Below, piece by piece: positions 19,421-28,667 of a stretch of DNA of 40,374 bases (positions are counted from its first letter, which is position 1; every line of letters begins with the position of its first letter). A model generated the notes under the pieces. That model saw only the letters and a list, made by a program, of their open reading frames with translations. It ran no database searches and was not told the DNA's origin. The stretch comes from Minisyncoccota bacterium. GTDB taxonomy: Bacteria > Patescibacteriota > Minisyncoccia > Phycocordibacterales > UBA1550. The position numbers and the translations under genes are program-made. The DNA is taken from contig JALNYL010000009.1 in NCBI GenBank assembly GCA_023229865.1, forward strand, positions 1 through 40,374, in the 5' to 3' direction.

Positions 19421-21137
19421 AAAGCGTGTTTATCTCTTGGAATGGCACGAGCTTGTCCATACTCTTCAAAATTGCATCTTCTCTCATATAAAGCATCCCC
19501 TTCTTGCGAGCAGCCTCAGAAAGACGAACTTCCGTAGGTTCAGACAAAATAATCTTTTGTGTTTCTTTGTCGATAGGAAATACCTCAAATACTGGCAAAC
19601 GTCCGCGTGTCCCCGTAGTACATTCTGGGGTTGGGATCGCCTCGTAAAGAGGGCGTGAGAGCTTAAACTTTTCTTTAAGGTCTTCTGGGTAATCCTGAAA
19701 TTGCTTATCAACAATCATTTTGATAGCTCCTTCATTGAGAATTTCTTTTGAACCTTCAGGGCAGATCTTCTTTACGAGACGCTGTGCCACCGAAAGAATG
19801 AGTGTTGGCGCGATAAGGTAGGGGTCGATTCCCATATCGACGAGACGCGGAATCGCACCAATCGCGGTGTTGGTGTGGAGGGTCGAAAGCACGAGGTGAC
19901 CAGTAAGCGCTGCCTGGATAGCAAGCTGAGCTGTCTCGGCATCACGGATTTCTCCAACCATGATAACATCAGGGTCCTGACGAAGTGTCGTGCGAAGCCC
20001 CGTAGCAAATGTGTAGCCGATTTCCGGGCGCATCTGTGACTGCGTGATTCCTGCAATATTGTACTCAACTGGGTCCTCGAGTGAAACAATGTTTTTTGTT
20101 TCCTTATCAAGCTCATTAAGCATCGAATAGAGAGTTGTCGACTTACCAGATCCCGTAGGCCCCGTGATGAGAATAATTCCATAAGGACGTTCGAGGGCAG
20201 CACGCACAAGCGCAAGATGCTCAGCGCGGAAACCGATTTCATCGAGCTTCTGAACTCCTTTTTGTGTATCCAAAATACGCATTACCACCTTCTCTCCAAA
20301 GAACGCAGGGAACGTAGAAACACGGAAGTCGATTTTGCGACCGTCGATACGTGCCGAGAAACGACCGTCTTGTGGCTTTCGTTTTTCGTCGAGCTTGAGT
20401 GAGGCAAGAATTTTAATACGTGCTACTACTGAGCTGTGCACATCAGCAGGGAGAACAAGACTCGTCGAAAGAGCTCCGTCAACGCGAAAGCGCACACGCA
20501 CCGCATCTCCCGTGTGTTCAATATGAACGTCTGAGGCACCGCCTTCTGTCGCGTGGCGCAAGATAACTGCAGTGATTTTTGCCACAGGGGCATCTGCAAT
20601 AACATTGGAATCTTTTTTAACACCCGATGGAGCAGTAGGCCCCTTTACGAGAGCGGACTTATCAACGCCCTTAATATCAACCTCGAGTTCCGAAAGTGCC
20701 TTCGTGACTTCGCCCGTGAGTCCGCGGTAATTATCAATAATAACCTGAAGGTCATCATTTGATATCAAAAAAATCTTAAACGGCATCCCGAGTTTTGTCG
20801 CAATAAACTGAAGCGCATCACGCGCTTCAATGTTTTCAGGATCAGTGATACCAATCTCAAGAACCTCATTAGCAACCCCGATCGGCGCAAAGCGATAGTA
20901 CGAAGCAGAGTCCTCGGGAATGTATTTCAAAATTTCAAAATCCACACCCTTCCCCTTGAGGTCACGTGTTGGAAGATTGTAGTAGAGCCCTCGCCCTCGC
21001 AAAACGTCTTCCTTACTTACTCCAGCAGACACGAGCACCTCTTCAAGTTTCCCGCCCTCACTCAAGCGCTTCGAAAGATCAGGGAGTGCTTCCTTTTTAA
21101 TAAGACCTTGGTTTACGAATGTATCGAGAATTGCCAT
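19419..21137 (-). CDS. pilB: Pilus assembly ATPase PilB/GspE
   Basis: ASDVHIE, RKPQDGRF, GPTGSGKSTTLY, LRQDPDVIMVGEIRD; N-terminal T2SSE_N-like region. Confidence 0.96.
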   Translation of the reverse strand: MAILDTFVNQGLIKKEALPDLSKRLSEGGKLEEVLVSAGVSKEDVLRGRGLYYNLPTRDLKGKGVDFEILKYIPEDSASYYRFAPIGVANEVLEIGITDPENIEARDALQFIATKLGMPFKIFLISNDDLQVIIDNYRGLTGEVTKALSELEVDIKGVDKSALVKGPTAPSGVKKDSNVIADAPVAKITAVILRHATEGGASDVHIEHTGDAVRVRFRVDGALSTSLVLPADVHSSVVARIKILASLKLDEKRKPQDGRFSARIDGRKIDFRVSTFPAFFGEKVVMRILDTQKGVQKLDEIGFRAEHLALVRAALERPYGIILITGPTGSGKSTTLYSMLNELDKETKNIVSLEDPVEYNIAGITQSQMRPEIGYTFATGLRTTLRQDPDVIMVGEIRDAETAQLAIQAALTGHLVLSTLHTNTAIGAIPRLVDMGIDPYLIAPTLILSVAQRLVKKICPEGSKEILNEGAIKMIVDKQFQDYPEDLKEKFKLSRPLYEAIPTPECTTGTRGRLPVFEVFPIDKETQKIILSEPTEVRLSEAARKKGMLYMREDAILKSMDKLVPFQEINTL

Positions 21138-21158
21138 AAATTAGTGAGTAAATTAAAT

Positions 21159-21656
21159 TCAAAGTCCAGTACCAACCGCACCTCCTGGAGTTTCTGTCCC
21201 CTGAAGAGCTGGTGGCAAAGATTGGGGAGTGGTTTCTGTTTGAAGAGGAGTGCTGTTTTCAATTTTAGGAGCAGGAGTAGCACTACTTCCAGAGAGTGCG
21301 TTTAGTTTCTCTTTCCATGCAGTTGGCAAAAACGGATTCGTGCGACCAACCGACTCTCCTCGAATAGGAACCGTGAAATCCTGAAGTGTCTTAAACGCAG
21401 GTAGGTCAAAAATAACATTTGAACTTTCCACTGCGCGGGCCAAATTACTGAGATCGCGCACGGTGAAATCGATCTCCGTACCAATCATCGCAGTCTCTTC
21501 TGCAATCTTTGCAACGTCCGCAACCGAAGTAGCGACTTCCCCCACCACAGAGATATCACGCTTTACAAAAACAAAGTACGCAGAAACAATAACACCAAGA
21601 ACAACAGCTCCAGTAATAATGTTCACGATAAGTGCTTTGATTTTTTCTTGTTGCAT
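21159..21656 (-). CDS. Pilus-associated membrane protein (PilP position)
   Basis: N-terminal TM, GRTNPFLP motif, located between the pilO-like gene and pilB. Confidence 0.7.
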   Translation of the reverse strand: MQQEKIKALIVNIITGAVVLGVIVSAYFVFVKRDISVVGEVATSVADVAKIAEETAMIGTEIDFTVRDLSNLARAVESSNVIFDLPAFKTLQDFTVPIRGESVGRTNPFLPTAWKEKLNALSGSSATPAPKIENSTPLQTETTPQSLPPALQGTETPGGAVGTGL

Positions 21657-21660
21657 AAAA

Positions 21661-22347
21661 TTATTTCAGTGAATACGTTTCTAGATTTAGCGTAAACTGA
21701 TAAACGGTCTGCTGTGGTACTTTCGACTTTTTCGAATCAGCTGTTTCTGCTGATGCGGGAGTAAACGAGAGTGCCGTCACATTGATAACCCCCAAACTTC
21801 TCTCAAGGTCATTGAGGAAGAGCTGGAATGTTTCATATGTAGAAGTGAAAGCAAGAGCAGCTTTGGTCGTTGCGTACCTTTTGCCTGTTGCGTCAGGGGT
21901 TCCTGGGAGTTTAGCATCATTATTTCCTGTTGCTGCCTGATTTATTTTTGTCCCAAGAGAAATAGCCCCGACAAGCCCTTGAATAGCGCCACTAGAATCA
22001 GGGGTTGTTCCCTTTGCTAAATCTTCAGAACTGTCGACCTTGAGATCAACGAGGACGATTCTATTATTCAAACTAATTGCCTGAATATTATTTGCAAAGC
22101 GAATAGGGTCAATCTTTTCAGGGAGGAAGACTTCAAAACGAGATAGCACGCTCGGTTCAATACTGTGCAAATTTTCTCTCGTCTTATCAATTAATGTTTT
22201 AATTTCCCCCGAAGTATCAAGAATTTTAGTAAGTGATTCAATGTCTCCACGGCGGGCAATATTGAGATCGTACGCAGGGATAACATAGAAAAACATCGAC
22301 ACAAGGGAGAGGAAGATTACGACGAGAGAGATAATTGGTGTAGCCAT
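21661..22347 (-). CDS. PilO-like alignment protein
   Basis: N-terminal TM, coiled coil, FLP, YETFQLFLNDLERS...V..LSF, ETYSLK end. Confidence 0.8.
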   Translation of the reverse strand: MATPIISLVVIFLSLVSMFFYVIPAYDLNIARRGDIESLTKILDTSGEIKTLIDKTRENLHSIEPSVLSRFEVFLPEKIDPIRFANNIQAISLNNRIVLVDLKVDSSEDLAKGTTPDSSGAIQGLVGAISLGTKINQAATGNNDAKLPGTPDATGKRYATTKAALAFTSTYETFQLFLNDLERSLGVINVTALSFTPASAETADSKKSKVPQQTVYQFTLNLETYSLK

Positions 22348-22356
22348 AATAGTATA

Positions 22357-23277
22357 TTACCAGAATTTAATCTTCGACCAGAGGCTCGACCACCACGACA
22401 CCTGTGTCTCTGTGGTTGTAGCACTTCCCCCTTCAGAAACAGCCCAGTTGTCAGGAAGTGTTTCTGAGACGGGCGCATCAAGAAGTGTTGTTCCTGTTGC
22501 GGTTTCGGTTGATGTTGTCGCCTCCAGGGTTGCTTCTTCGACTGCCATAGTCCCCACTTCCGTGGTTGTTGCAACGACCGTCGACGATGTTGATGTGGAT
22601 GGGGTATCAAAATCAATACCAACACCGACCGACGTTGTCGTTGATGTCGCTACTGTCTCAGCTGGCGCAACGGTAGTATCTGCACTCAAATTTTTTGTAT
22701 ACAACAAGAAATCCTTTTTAAACACCATCGTGAGGACAAACGAGATTGTTCCAAAGTTCGTAAGACGAACATCACGGACTGAGACTGCACGGAGTTCGTC
22801 TTTCTGAGCACGTAGTGTATCCATTTGGAAAGCAAGAGCAGCGTACGATGGCGCCTCTCCAGAAAGTTCAAGGACAGACCCAAGTGCTGGATCATTTTTA
22901 AAAGTAAGATGATCAAACAAGACACTACTCAATGTGTTTTTTGCAAGAAATGAAAATACCGGGGAAGTGACGGTGTGTGAGTTGAGAATCTCGCGCGCAA
23001 GATCAACGCGTGCACGAAAAACCTTGGCCTCCCCCACCTCAGGTGCGTCACTAAATTCTTTTTGTGCCTTTTTAATCTCCGTCGTTTTTTCTGCTACAAC
23101 CTGGTTGAGCTTGTCGTTGTAGTAATAGAACCCCGCATAGGCACTAAACGTCAACACAAAAAGAGTGCTCGCAATAACCCCCATCACGCTGCGCGGACGG
23201 CTTCTCTCCAAAAAAGATTCCTCGCGGACGAGTGACCCCTTCGGGATGAACGAAACTTTGGGGTTAGCATTATCCAT
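22357..23277 (-). CDS. PilN-like protein with Thr-rich C-terminal tail
   Basis: SFIPK start, TM, coiled coil, LSGEAPSY..LA.Q; follows pilM. Confidence 0.75.
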   Translation of the reverse strand: MDNANPKVSFIPKGSLVREESFLERSRPRSVMGVIASTLFVLTFSAYAGFYYYNDKLNQVVAEKTTEIKKAQKEFSDAPEVGEAKVFRARVDLAREILNSHTVTSPVFSFLAKNTLSSVLFDHLTFKNDPALGSVLELSGEAPSYAALAFQMDTLRAQKDELRAVSVRDVRLTNFGTISFVLTMVFKKDFLLYTKNLSADTTVAPAETVATSTTTSVGVGIDFDTPSTSTSSTVVATTTEVGTMAVEEATLEATTSTETATGTTLLDAPVSETLPDNWAVSEGGSATTTETQVSWWSSLWSKIKFW

Positions 23278-23302
23278 ACTATAAGTATACTACAATAGAT
23301 GC

Positions 23303-24430
23303 TTATTCTTCTAGTCCTTTTAGTGCTAAACCAACAGCAACAGCAAAATCAGGACTGAGTTCTTTCAACGTGGGAGCAAGAAATGCAGGGGTGTCGAGGC
23401 GCGCAAACGGATCCCCTATCACAATCGACGTATTCGGGAAATTCTTTTCGACGATTTTTTCAATTCCCTTGAGGCGTGCGCCACCACCAACCAAAATAAC
23501 TTTCGTTATTTTGGTATTGTACTTGTTCTCATAATTTTCTACGAAGCGCTTTGCTTCGTTCATGATATTCGAAAGAAGAAGCTCGGCAACAACAAACACA
23601 TCACGCCCCTCAGCATCACCCGTTACCCCCACGCGACACTTAAGCTCTTCTGCTTTTTCAAAAGAAATTGCCTGTGAGCGCGAGAGTGCGATGGAAATGT
23701 CTTGACTTCCCATTGAAATAACATGAGATCCACGCACCACACCCTCGTCCACAAGTGCGAGCTTGGTGCTTCCTGCTCCAATATCTGCCACGAGAACAGG
23801 AGAGAGATCGCGACCCACTACTGCACGAAGGGTACTAAAGATTTCGATTTCAAAATGAGAACCCTCGCCAGGAATCTGCGCATTACGCTTAATCGATTCG
23901 TATTTGCTAATAACTTCATTGTGAATAGCAGCAATAATGACTTCAATTTTGCCAAGCACTTTTTCCCCCGAAGCTGCCGCTGCGGGAACTTTTTCTCCCG
24001 CCTTACGCTTTGGCAAAATCCACCAATCAAGAGAGACTTCACTAATGGGCACAGGAATATAACGACGTGCCTCAATAGGGATCATCGAATCAAGTTCTTT
24101 CTTCCCCACCTCAGGAAGTTCAACAACCGTAAGAAGACTTGCGCTAAAAGGAATCGCAAGAAGTGTGTGCTGTGCAGTGATCCCCGCCTCTTTCAAAAGA
24201 TCATGAAGAGTCTCAGCAATCTTTTCTGGGGGGAGATTGGTTGCCTGCCCTGCCGAAGCGCCCGCGCGCGGACCAAGAGCAATCTCGCCATAGTTTTTCA
24301 AAACTACTTTCTCTCCCACCTTCTCAACGAGAACAACCTTAATAAACGAAGACCCGATATCAATACCGAGGATTGCGCCTTTGTGTCCACCACCGAAAAG
24401 TTTTGTAATTGGATCTAAAAATGAGGCCAT
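23303..24430 (-). CDS. pilM: Type IV pilus assembly protein PilM
   Basis: LGIDIGSSFIKVV, EARRYIPVP, DIGAGST, LVGGGARLKG, AVAVGLALK. Confidence 0.95.
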   Translation of the reverse strand: MASFLDPITKLFGGGHKGAILGIDIGSSFIKVVLVEKVGEKVVLKNYGEIALGPRAGASAGQATNLPPEKIAETLHDLLKEAGITAQHTLLAIPFSASLLTVVELPEVGKKELDSMIPIEARRYIPVPISEVSLDWWILPKRKAGEKVPAAAASGEKVLGKIEVIIAAIHNEVISKYESIKRNAQIPGEGSHFEIEIFSTLRAVVGRDLSPVLVADIGAGSTKLALVDEGVVRGSHVISMGSQDISIALSRSQAISFEKAEELKCRVGVTGDAEGRDVFVVAELLLSNIMNEAKRFVENYENKYNTKITKVILVGGGARLKGIEKIVEKNFPNTSIVIGDPFARLDTPAFLAPTLKELSPDFAVAVGLALKGLEE

Positions 24431-24495
24431 GTTTGCTATATACTATATTAGTATACCACGTGCGGTATATTTATGCTGGTATTTTACACGATAAG

Positions 24496-24504
24496 TTATC
24501 CACA
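24496..24504 (+). promoter_or_regulatory. Perfect DnaA-box consensus overlapping the comF start codon
   Basis: TTATCCACA; its last A is the A of the comF ATG. Confidence 0.45.
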
Positions 24505-25163
24505 TGCACTCCCTCATCTCAATTTTCAAACATCTTGTTAATCTCATCTTCCCTCAAACATGTATACGGTGCGGAGTAGCTGGTGTGCCACTGTGCAAAG
24601 ATTGCATTACAAAACTCCCTCAAGCGCGCGAAGCTGAACATTCATTCATAACAGCCATCTTTGACTACCGTGATCCGAGTGTCCGCCAAGCGATTTGGCA
24701 ATTCAAATATCGTAATGCGCGCAAGGTTGCAGAATCTTTTGGGGAAAAGCTTTATGAAGAACTCCTTGGTGACCTCGGAGACAGTTTGCACATTTCTAAA
24801 AATGAATCTTTTTTGCTCATCCCCATCCCCCTTCACAAAAAGAGATTACAAGAACGCGGGTACAATCAGAGCGAGCTTCTTGCGCGAGAGATTCTGAAAT
24901 ATGACACAGAGGGAATATTTGAACTCACCTCGCACGCGCTCATTCGCACACGCGCAACCAACGCTCAGGCAAAAAAGGAGAAGCGCGCGGCGCGTCTCGA
25001 AAATCTCCGTGGGGCATTTTCCGCAAACCCCGAACTCGTGTGCAAGAAAAATATTATTCTCATTGATGATGTGACAACAACTGGCGCAACCCTCGCAGAG
25101 GCAAGAAAGGTCCTCCTGAAAGCGGGTGCGCGGAGCGTGAGAGCTCTGACCGTGGCGCACTAG
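24504..25163 (+). CDS. comF: ComF family competence protein (Zn ribbon + PRTase)
   Basis: FPQTCIRCG..LCKDC, IPIPLH, RGYNQSELLA, LIDDVTTTGATL. Confidence 0.93.
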   Translation: MHSLISIFKHLVNLIFPQTCIRCGVAGVPLCKDCITKLPQAREAEHSFITAIFDYRDPSVRQAIWQFKYRNARKVAESFGEKLYEELLGDLGDSLHISKNESFLLIPIPLHKKRLQERGYNQSELLAREILKYDTEGIFELTSHALIRTRATNAQAKKEKRAARLENLRGAFSANPELVCKKNIILIDDVTTTGATLAEARKVLLKAGARSVRALTVAH

Positions 25164-25222
25164 AGAAAACGAAACAAATATGATAAAGTGGTGGGGTTCA
25201 AGAAGTACAAAAGAGGACACTT

Positions 25223-25310
25223 GGAGATGTGGCTGAGCTGGCCGAAGGCACCTCACTGCTAACGAGGCAGGGTAGCAATACTCTCGTGGGTTCGAATCCC
25301 ACCGTCTCCG
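25223..25310 (+). tRNA. tRNA-Ser(GCU)
   Basis: GGAGATG...CCTCACT-GCT-AACGAGG, long variable arm, GGTTCGAATCCCACCGTCTCCG; G73. Confidence 0.95.
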
Positions 25311-25369
25311 CAAAAGAAAAAACACCCAACGGGTGTTTTTTCTTTTGCGGAGACGGTGGGATTCGAACC
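25289..25369. repeat. Perfect 39 bp inverted repeat containing the tRNA-Ser 3' end
   Basis: 25289-25327 is the exact reverse complement of 25331-25369 (loop AAC). Confidence 0.95.
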
Positions 25370-25540
25370 GGAGGCCCACCATTTTAAAGGAGTGCAACGA
25401 CTATTAAAATGGATGGTCTCGACCGAAGGGAGAGGCGAATCCCACAATTTTTATCATCAGAAGTTTTTGATTTGCACGAGGGGATGGGATTCGAAAATAA
25501 TAAAACCCCGAGTTTCCTCGGGGTTTGTGCTGCTTTTTGT

Positions 25541-25843
25541 TTAGCGCGGCAGGTGGCGCGCTTTCATGCGTTTGCGACCATGCTTACCGTGCGAACGGCA
25601 AAGCACCAACTTCTTGACACGTTCACCAAAACGGTCGACCGTCTTGGTGAACGTGTGATATTTCGCAAACTCGGTCTCGCTTGCGCTCTCGCGGAAAATA
25701 GAGCTCTGTATACAGTGACGAGCATTTACCCCCGTCTCCTCATACTGTTTCTTGGAAGTCGATTTCTTTACGCTTCCCATCTCGGGCTCGCCGCCGAAGA
25801 ATTGATAACCATTGTCAGTTGCTACCGCTGCGTATGCAGGCAT
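25541..25843 (-). CDS. Basic hypothetical protein
   Basis: 100 aa ORF with AAGGAG SD, TGcTATACT promoter, terminator hairpin at 25503-25526. Confidence 0.6.
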   Translation of the reverse strand: MPAYAAVATDNGYQFFGGEPEMGSVKKSTSKKQYEETGVNARHCIQSSIFRESASETEFAKYHTFTKTVDRFGERVKKLVLCRSHGKHGRKRMKARHLPR

Positions 25844-25986
25844 TTGATTCTCCTTGTGGATTAAGGTTGTCAGAAATTTAGGGAACTACTCACTTCGCTA
25901 AAACCAGTATAGCATATATGGTGCAAAAAGTCAATAGCGCAGAACTGACCTATTTGTAGCACTTTTTGTATATAATGATAGTGACA

Positions 25987-26559
25987 ATGTCACACAAACT
26001 GACCATTACGGATAGAATCCTCGCAAAGACGCTTCTTCCTCTTATCCCCCACTGGATAACCCCCAACTACATCTCGTGGATGCGTCTTTGTAGTGTCCCC
26101 TTTGTTGGATATTTTCTCTGGATTGCAGATTACTCAATTGCTCTCCCCCTCTTCTTTGTTTCTGCGTTCTCTGACGCAGTCGACGGTTCCCTTGCGCGCA
26201 CCCGCGACCTTGTAACTCACTTTGGCAAAATGTTTGACCCCCTCGCTGACAAACTCCTTATCGCAACAGCTGCAGTCATTCTCATCCCCAACTATATCGG
26301 CTGGTCAATCGTACTTACTATGGTTTCGATAGACCTTGTCCTCATCTTATCCGCGTATTACCGCAAACACTTTTACGGGACAATCGTTCAAGCAGAAAAC
26401 ACAGGGAAGGCAAAGATGGTCATGCAGTCAATTGGAATTGGCTCACTTTTGATTTACGCAATTTCAGGCGTCGCGATCTTCCTCGCGATTGCTACCTATT
26501 CTTTTTATTTGGCAATCTTTTTTGCCCTCCTTTCGCTCGTCGTCTATCGGGCGGTGTAG
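25987..26559 (+). CDS. CDP-alcohol phosphatidyltransferase (PgsA-like; likely start 25987)
   Basis: TPNYISWMR and SDAVDGSLARTRDLVTHFGKMFDPLADK signature. Confidence 0.92.
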   Translation: MSHKLTITDRILAKTLLPLIPHWITPNYISWMRLCSVPFVGYFLWIADYSIALPLFFVSAFSDAVDGSLARTRDLVTHFGKMFDPLADKLLIATAAVILIPNYIGWSIVLTMVSIDLVLILSAYYRKHFYGTIVQAENTGKAKMVMQSIGIGSLLIYAISGVAIFLAIATYSFYLAIFFALLSLVVYRAV

Positions 26560-26607
26560 GAGTGGGATTTAGAATATAGGATTTGGAATATGGTATATTT
26601 AAATACT

Positions 26608-28602
26608 ATGCAAAGAATACCCTACACGCCGAAGGATTTTAATTGGACCAAGTGGACCGCGACAGACATTAAAGCGCTCGTGCTGCAAATTATTTCTGAG
26701 AAGAAGGCACGTCTCGCTGCGATAAAAAACGAAAAATCTCCTCGCAACTTTGAGAACACTATTTATGCGCTCGAGGCATCGAGTTATGGGCTCACGGAAA
26801 CAATTTTAAAGATTGATCTACTTCAGAATGTTTCTACGGAAAAATCTATTCGTGATACAGCAAAAAAGGCAGTTGAGGATTTTGAAAAGCAAATGATTCG
26901 CGTTGAGCGTGACCCAAAGATCTGGGGTGCTATCAAGGAATATGAACAAGGTTTGTGGAAAAAGGAAAAGACTCATCTCTCAATTGAAGACAAAAAACTT
27001 TTTCGTGATACCTATCTCGCTTACAAGCGTATGGGTTTTGACCTCACGCCAGCAAAGCAAAAGCGTGTAAAGGAGATAGAGGAACGACTTACGAAAGTTG
27101 GGAGTGACTTTCAGAGCAACATCACAAACTACAAAGATCATATCGTTGTCTCAAAAGAAGAGGCCATGGGGCTCCCCGAGCGCTATCTATCTGGACTCAA
27201 GCAAGATAAAAAAGGTAACTATCTTGTATCCCTTGATTACCCAGACCTTATTCCCTTTATGGAGCTCTGCACCAATGAAGCGAAAAGAAAGGAGCTTAAC
27301 AGTAAAAATTTTCAGAAGGGCGGCGCAAAAAACATGAAGGTGCTCGCTGAAATGCTCAAGCTACGAGCCGAACGTGCGTCGCTCCTCGGATACAAACACC
27401 ACGCAGACTATCAGACAGAACTTCGCATGGCAAAAAGCGGGAAAGTCGCGTTTGATTTTGAGCTTAACCTTTTAAATAAAGTTGCAAAGAGTGGCAGGAG
27501 TGATCTCGATGAACTTCGCGACCTTAAACGCGAACTAACCAAAAATCCTAAAGCTGAAATATTTTCTCACGACGTCGCATATTACGGCAACGAACTTCAG
27601 AAACGCCGCTTTAACTTTAGTAACGAAGAGATGCGTGAGTACTTCCCTATTGAACGTGCGCTTGGTGGGGCGTTCAATATTTACGCGACACTCTTTGGAG
27701 TAAAGTTTGAGAAACAAGATGGGTTCCCTCTTTGGCACCCAGATGCAGAACTCTACGCAGTGAAAACGGCAAAAGGCGATATTGTTTCCTATTTCGCAAT
27801 CGACCTCCATCCTCGCGAAGGGAAGCGCGGACACGCATCAGCGCATGGCGTTATTGATGGTCATTTAACTACTCTTACTCAAGGAAACTACGTTGTTCCC
27901 TTTGCAACTATTATTTGCAACTTTACAAAACCAACTAAAAAGACTCCTTCTCTCCTCTCTCATGGCGAGGTCGAAACTTTCCTTCATGAGTTTGGACATA
28001 TCATGCACTTCACGCTTACGTCAGCACGTTATGCGTCGCAAGCTGGATACAATACCGCGTGGGATTTTGTTGAAGCACCATCGCAGATGCTCGAACACTG
28101 GGCATGGAACAAAAAATCATTGGCACTTCTCTCTTCTCACTACAAAACGGGCAAACCGATTCCAGAAAAACTTTTGAAAAACCTTATCGCGAGCGAGGAC
28201 CATCTTCTTCGCTATTCAACACTGCGTCAAACATTACTTGGGATATTTGACCTCACCCTTCACACGTCGAAGAAAAAGTTAGAGCCCGCAAAACTCTGGC
28301 GCGATATGATTAAAAAATACACAGGAATGACGCTCCCCAAGGATGCCATCTTCCCTGCAGGGTTTGGACACCTCAATGACTATGGCGCTGGATACTATAG
28401 CTATCTCTGGTCAAAGGTATATGCAGCAGATATGTTCACTCGATTTGAGAAAGAAGGAATCTTGAACAAGAAAACAGGAGCGGACTACAAGAAATGGATT
28501 CTCGAGAAGGGTGGAAGTATGGAAGAGATTGAACTCGTAAAAGGATTCCTTGGACGAAAGCCATCAAATAAGGCGTTCTTGAAGGAGATAGGAATTAAGT
28601 AA
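26608..28602 (+). CDS. M3 family metallopeptidase (thimet oligopeptidase-like; likely start 26608)
   Basis: FLHEFGHIMH, WDFVEAPSQMLE, FGHL..YGAGYYSYLWS. Confidence 0.95.
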   Translation: MQRIPYTPKDFNWTKWTATDIKALVLQIISEKKARLAAIKNEKSPRNFENTIYALEASSYGLTETILKIDLLQNVSTEKSIRDTAKKAVEDFEKQMIRVERDPKIWGAIKEYEQGLWKKEKTHLSIEDKKLFRDTYLAYKRMGFDLTPAKQKRVKEIEERLTKVGSDFQSNITNYKDHIVVSKEEAMGLPERYLSGLKQDKKGNYLVSLDYPDLIPFMELCTNEAKRKELNSKNFQKGGAKNMKVLAEMLKLRAERASLLGYKHHADYQTELRMAKSGKVAFDFELNLLNKVAKSGRSDLDELRDLKRELTKNPKAEIFSHDVAYYGNELQKRRFNFSNEEMREYFPIERALGGAFNIYATLFGVKFEKQDGFPLWHPDAELYAVKTAKGDIVSYFAIDLHPREGKRGHASAHGVIDGHLTTLTQGNYVVPFATIICNFTKPTKKTPSLLSHGEVETFLHEFGHIMHFTLTSARYASQAGYNTAWDFVEAPSQMLEHWAWNKKSLALLSSHYKTGKPIPEKLLKNLIASEDHLLRYSTLRQTLLGIFDLTLHTSKKKLEPAKLWRDMIKKYTGMTLPKDAIFPAGFGHLNDYGAGYYSYLWSKVYAADMFTRFEKEGILNKKTGADYKKWILEKGGSMEEIELVKGFLGRKPSNKAFLKEIGIK

Positions 28603-28607
28603 TTTGG

Positions 28608-28648
28608 AGAACAGGGGGCGAAGCGCGGAGCGCTTCGCCCCCTGTTCT
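28608..28648. repeat. Perfect 19 bp GC-rich hairpin without U-tract (REP-like)
   Basis: AGAACAGGGGGCGAAGCGC-gga-GCGCTTCGCCCCCTGTTCT. Confidence 0.75.
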
Positions 28649-28667
28649 GTGGTAAAATTACTAAACT

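Noticed and set aside
12148-24430. Type IV pilus locus with embedded single-domain response regulator as a novel system
   Set aside because: Type IV pilus/competence clusters are a well-known feature of Patescibacteria; only specific sub-features are reported
24846-25544. ORFs 24846-25397, 25259-25447 and 25356-25544
   Set aside because: They overlap comF, tRNA-Ser and its inverted repeats; spurious
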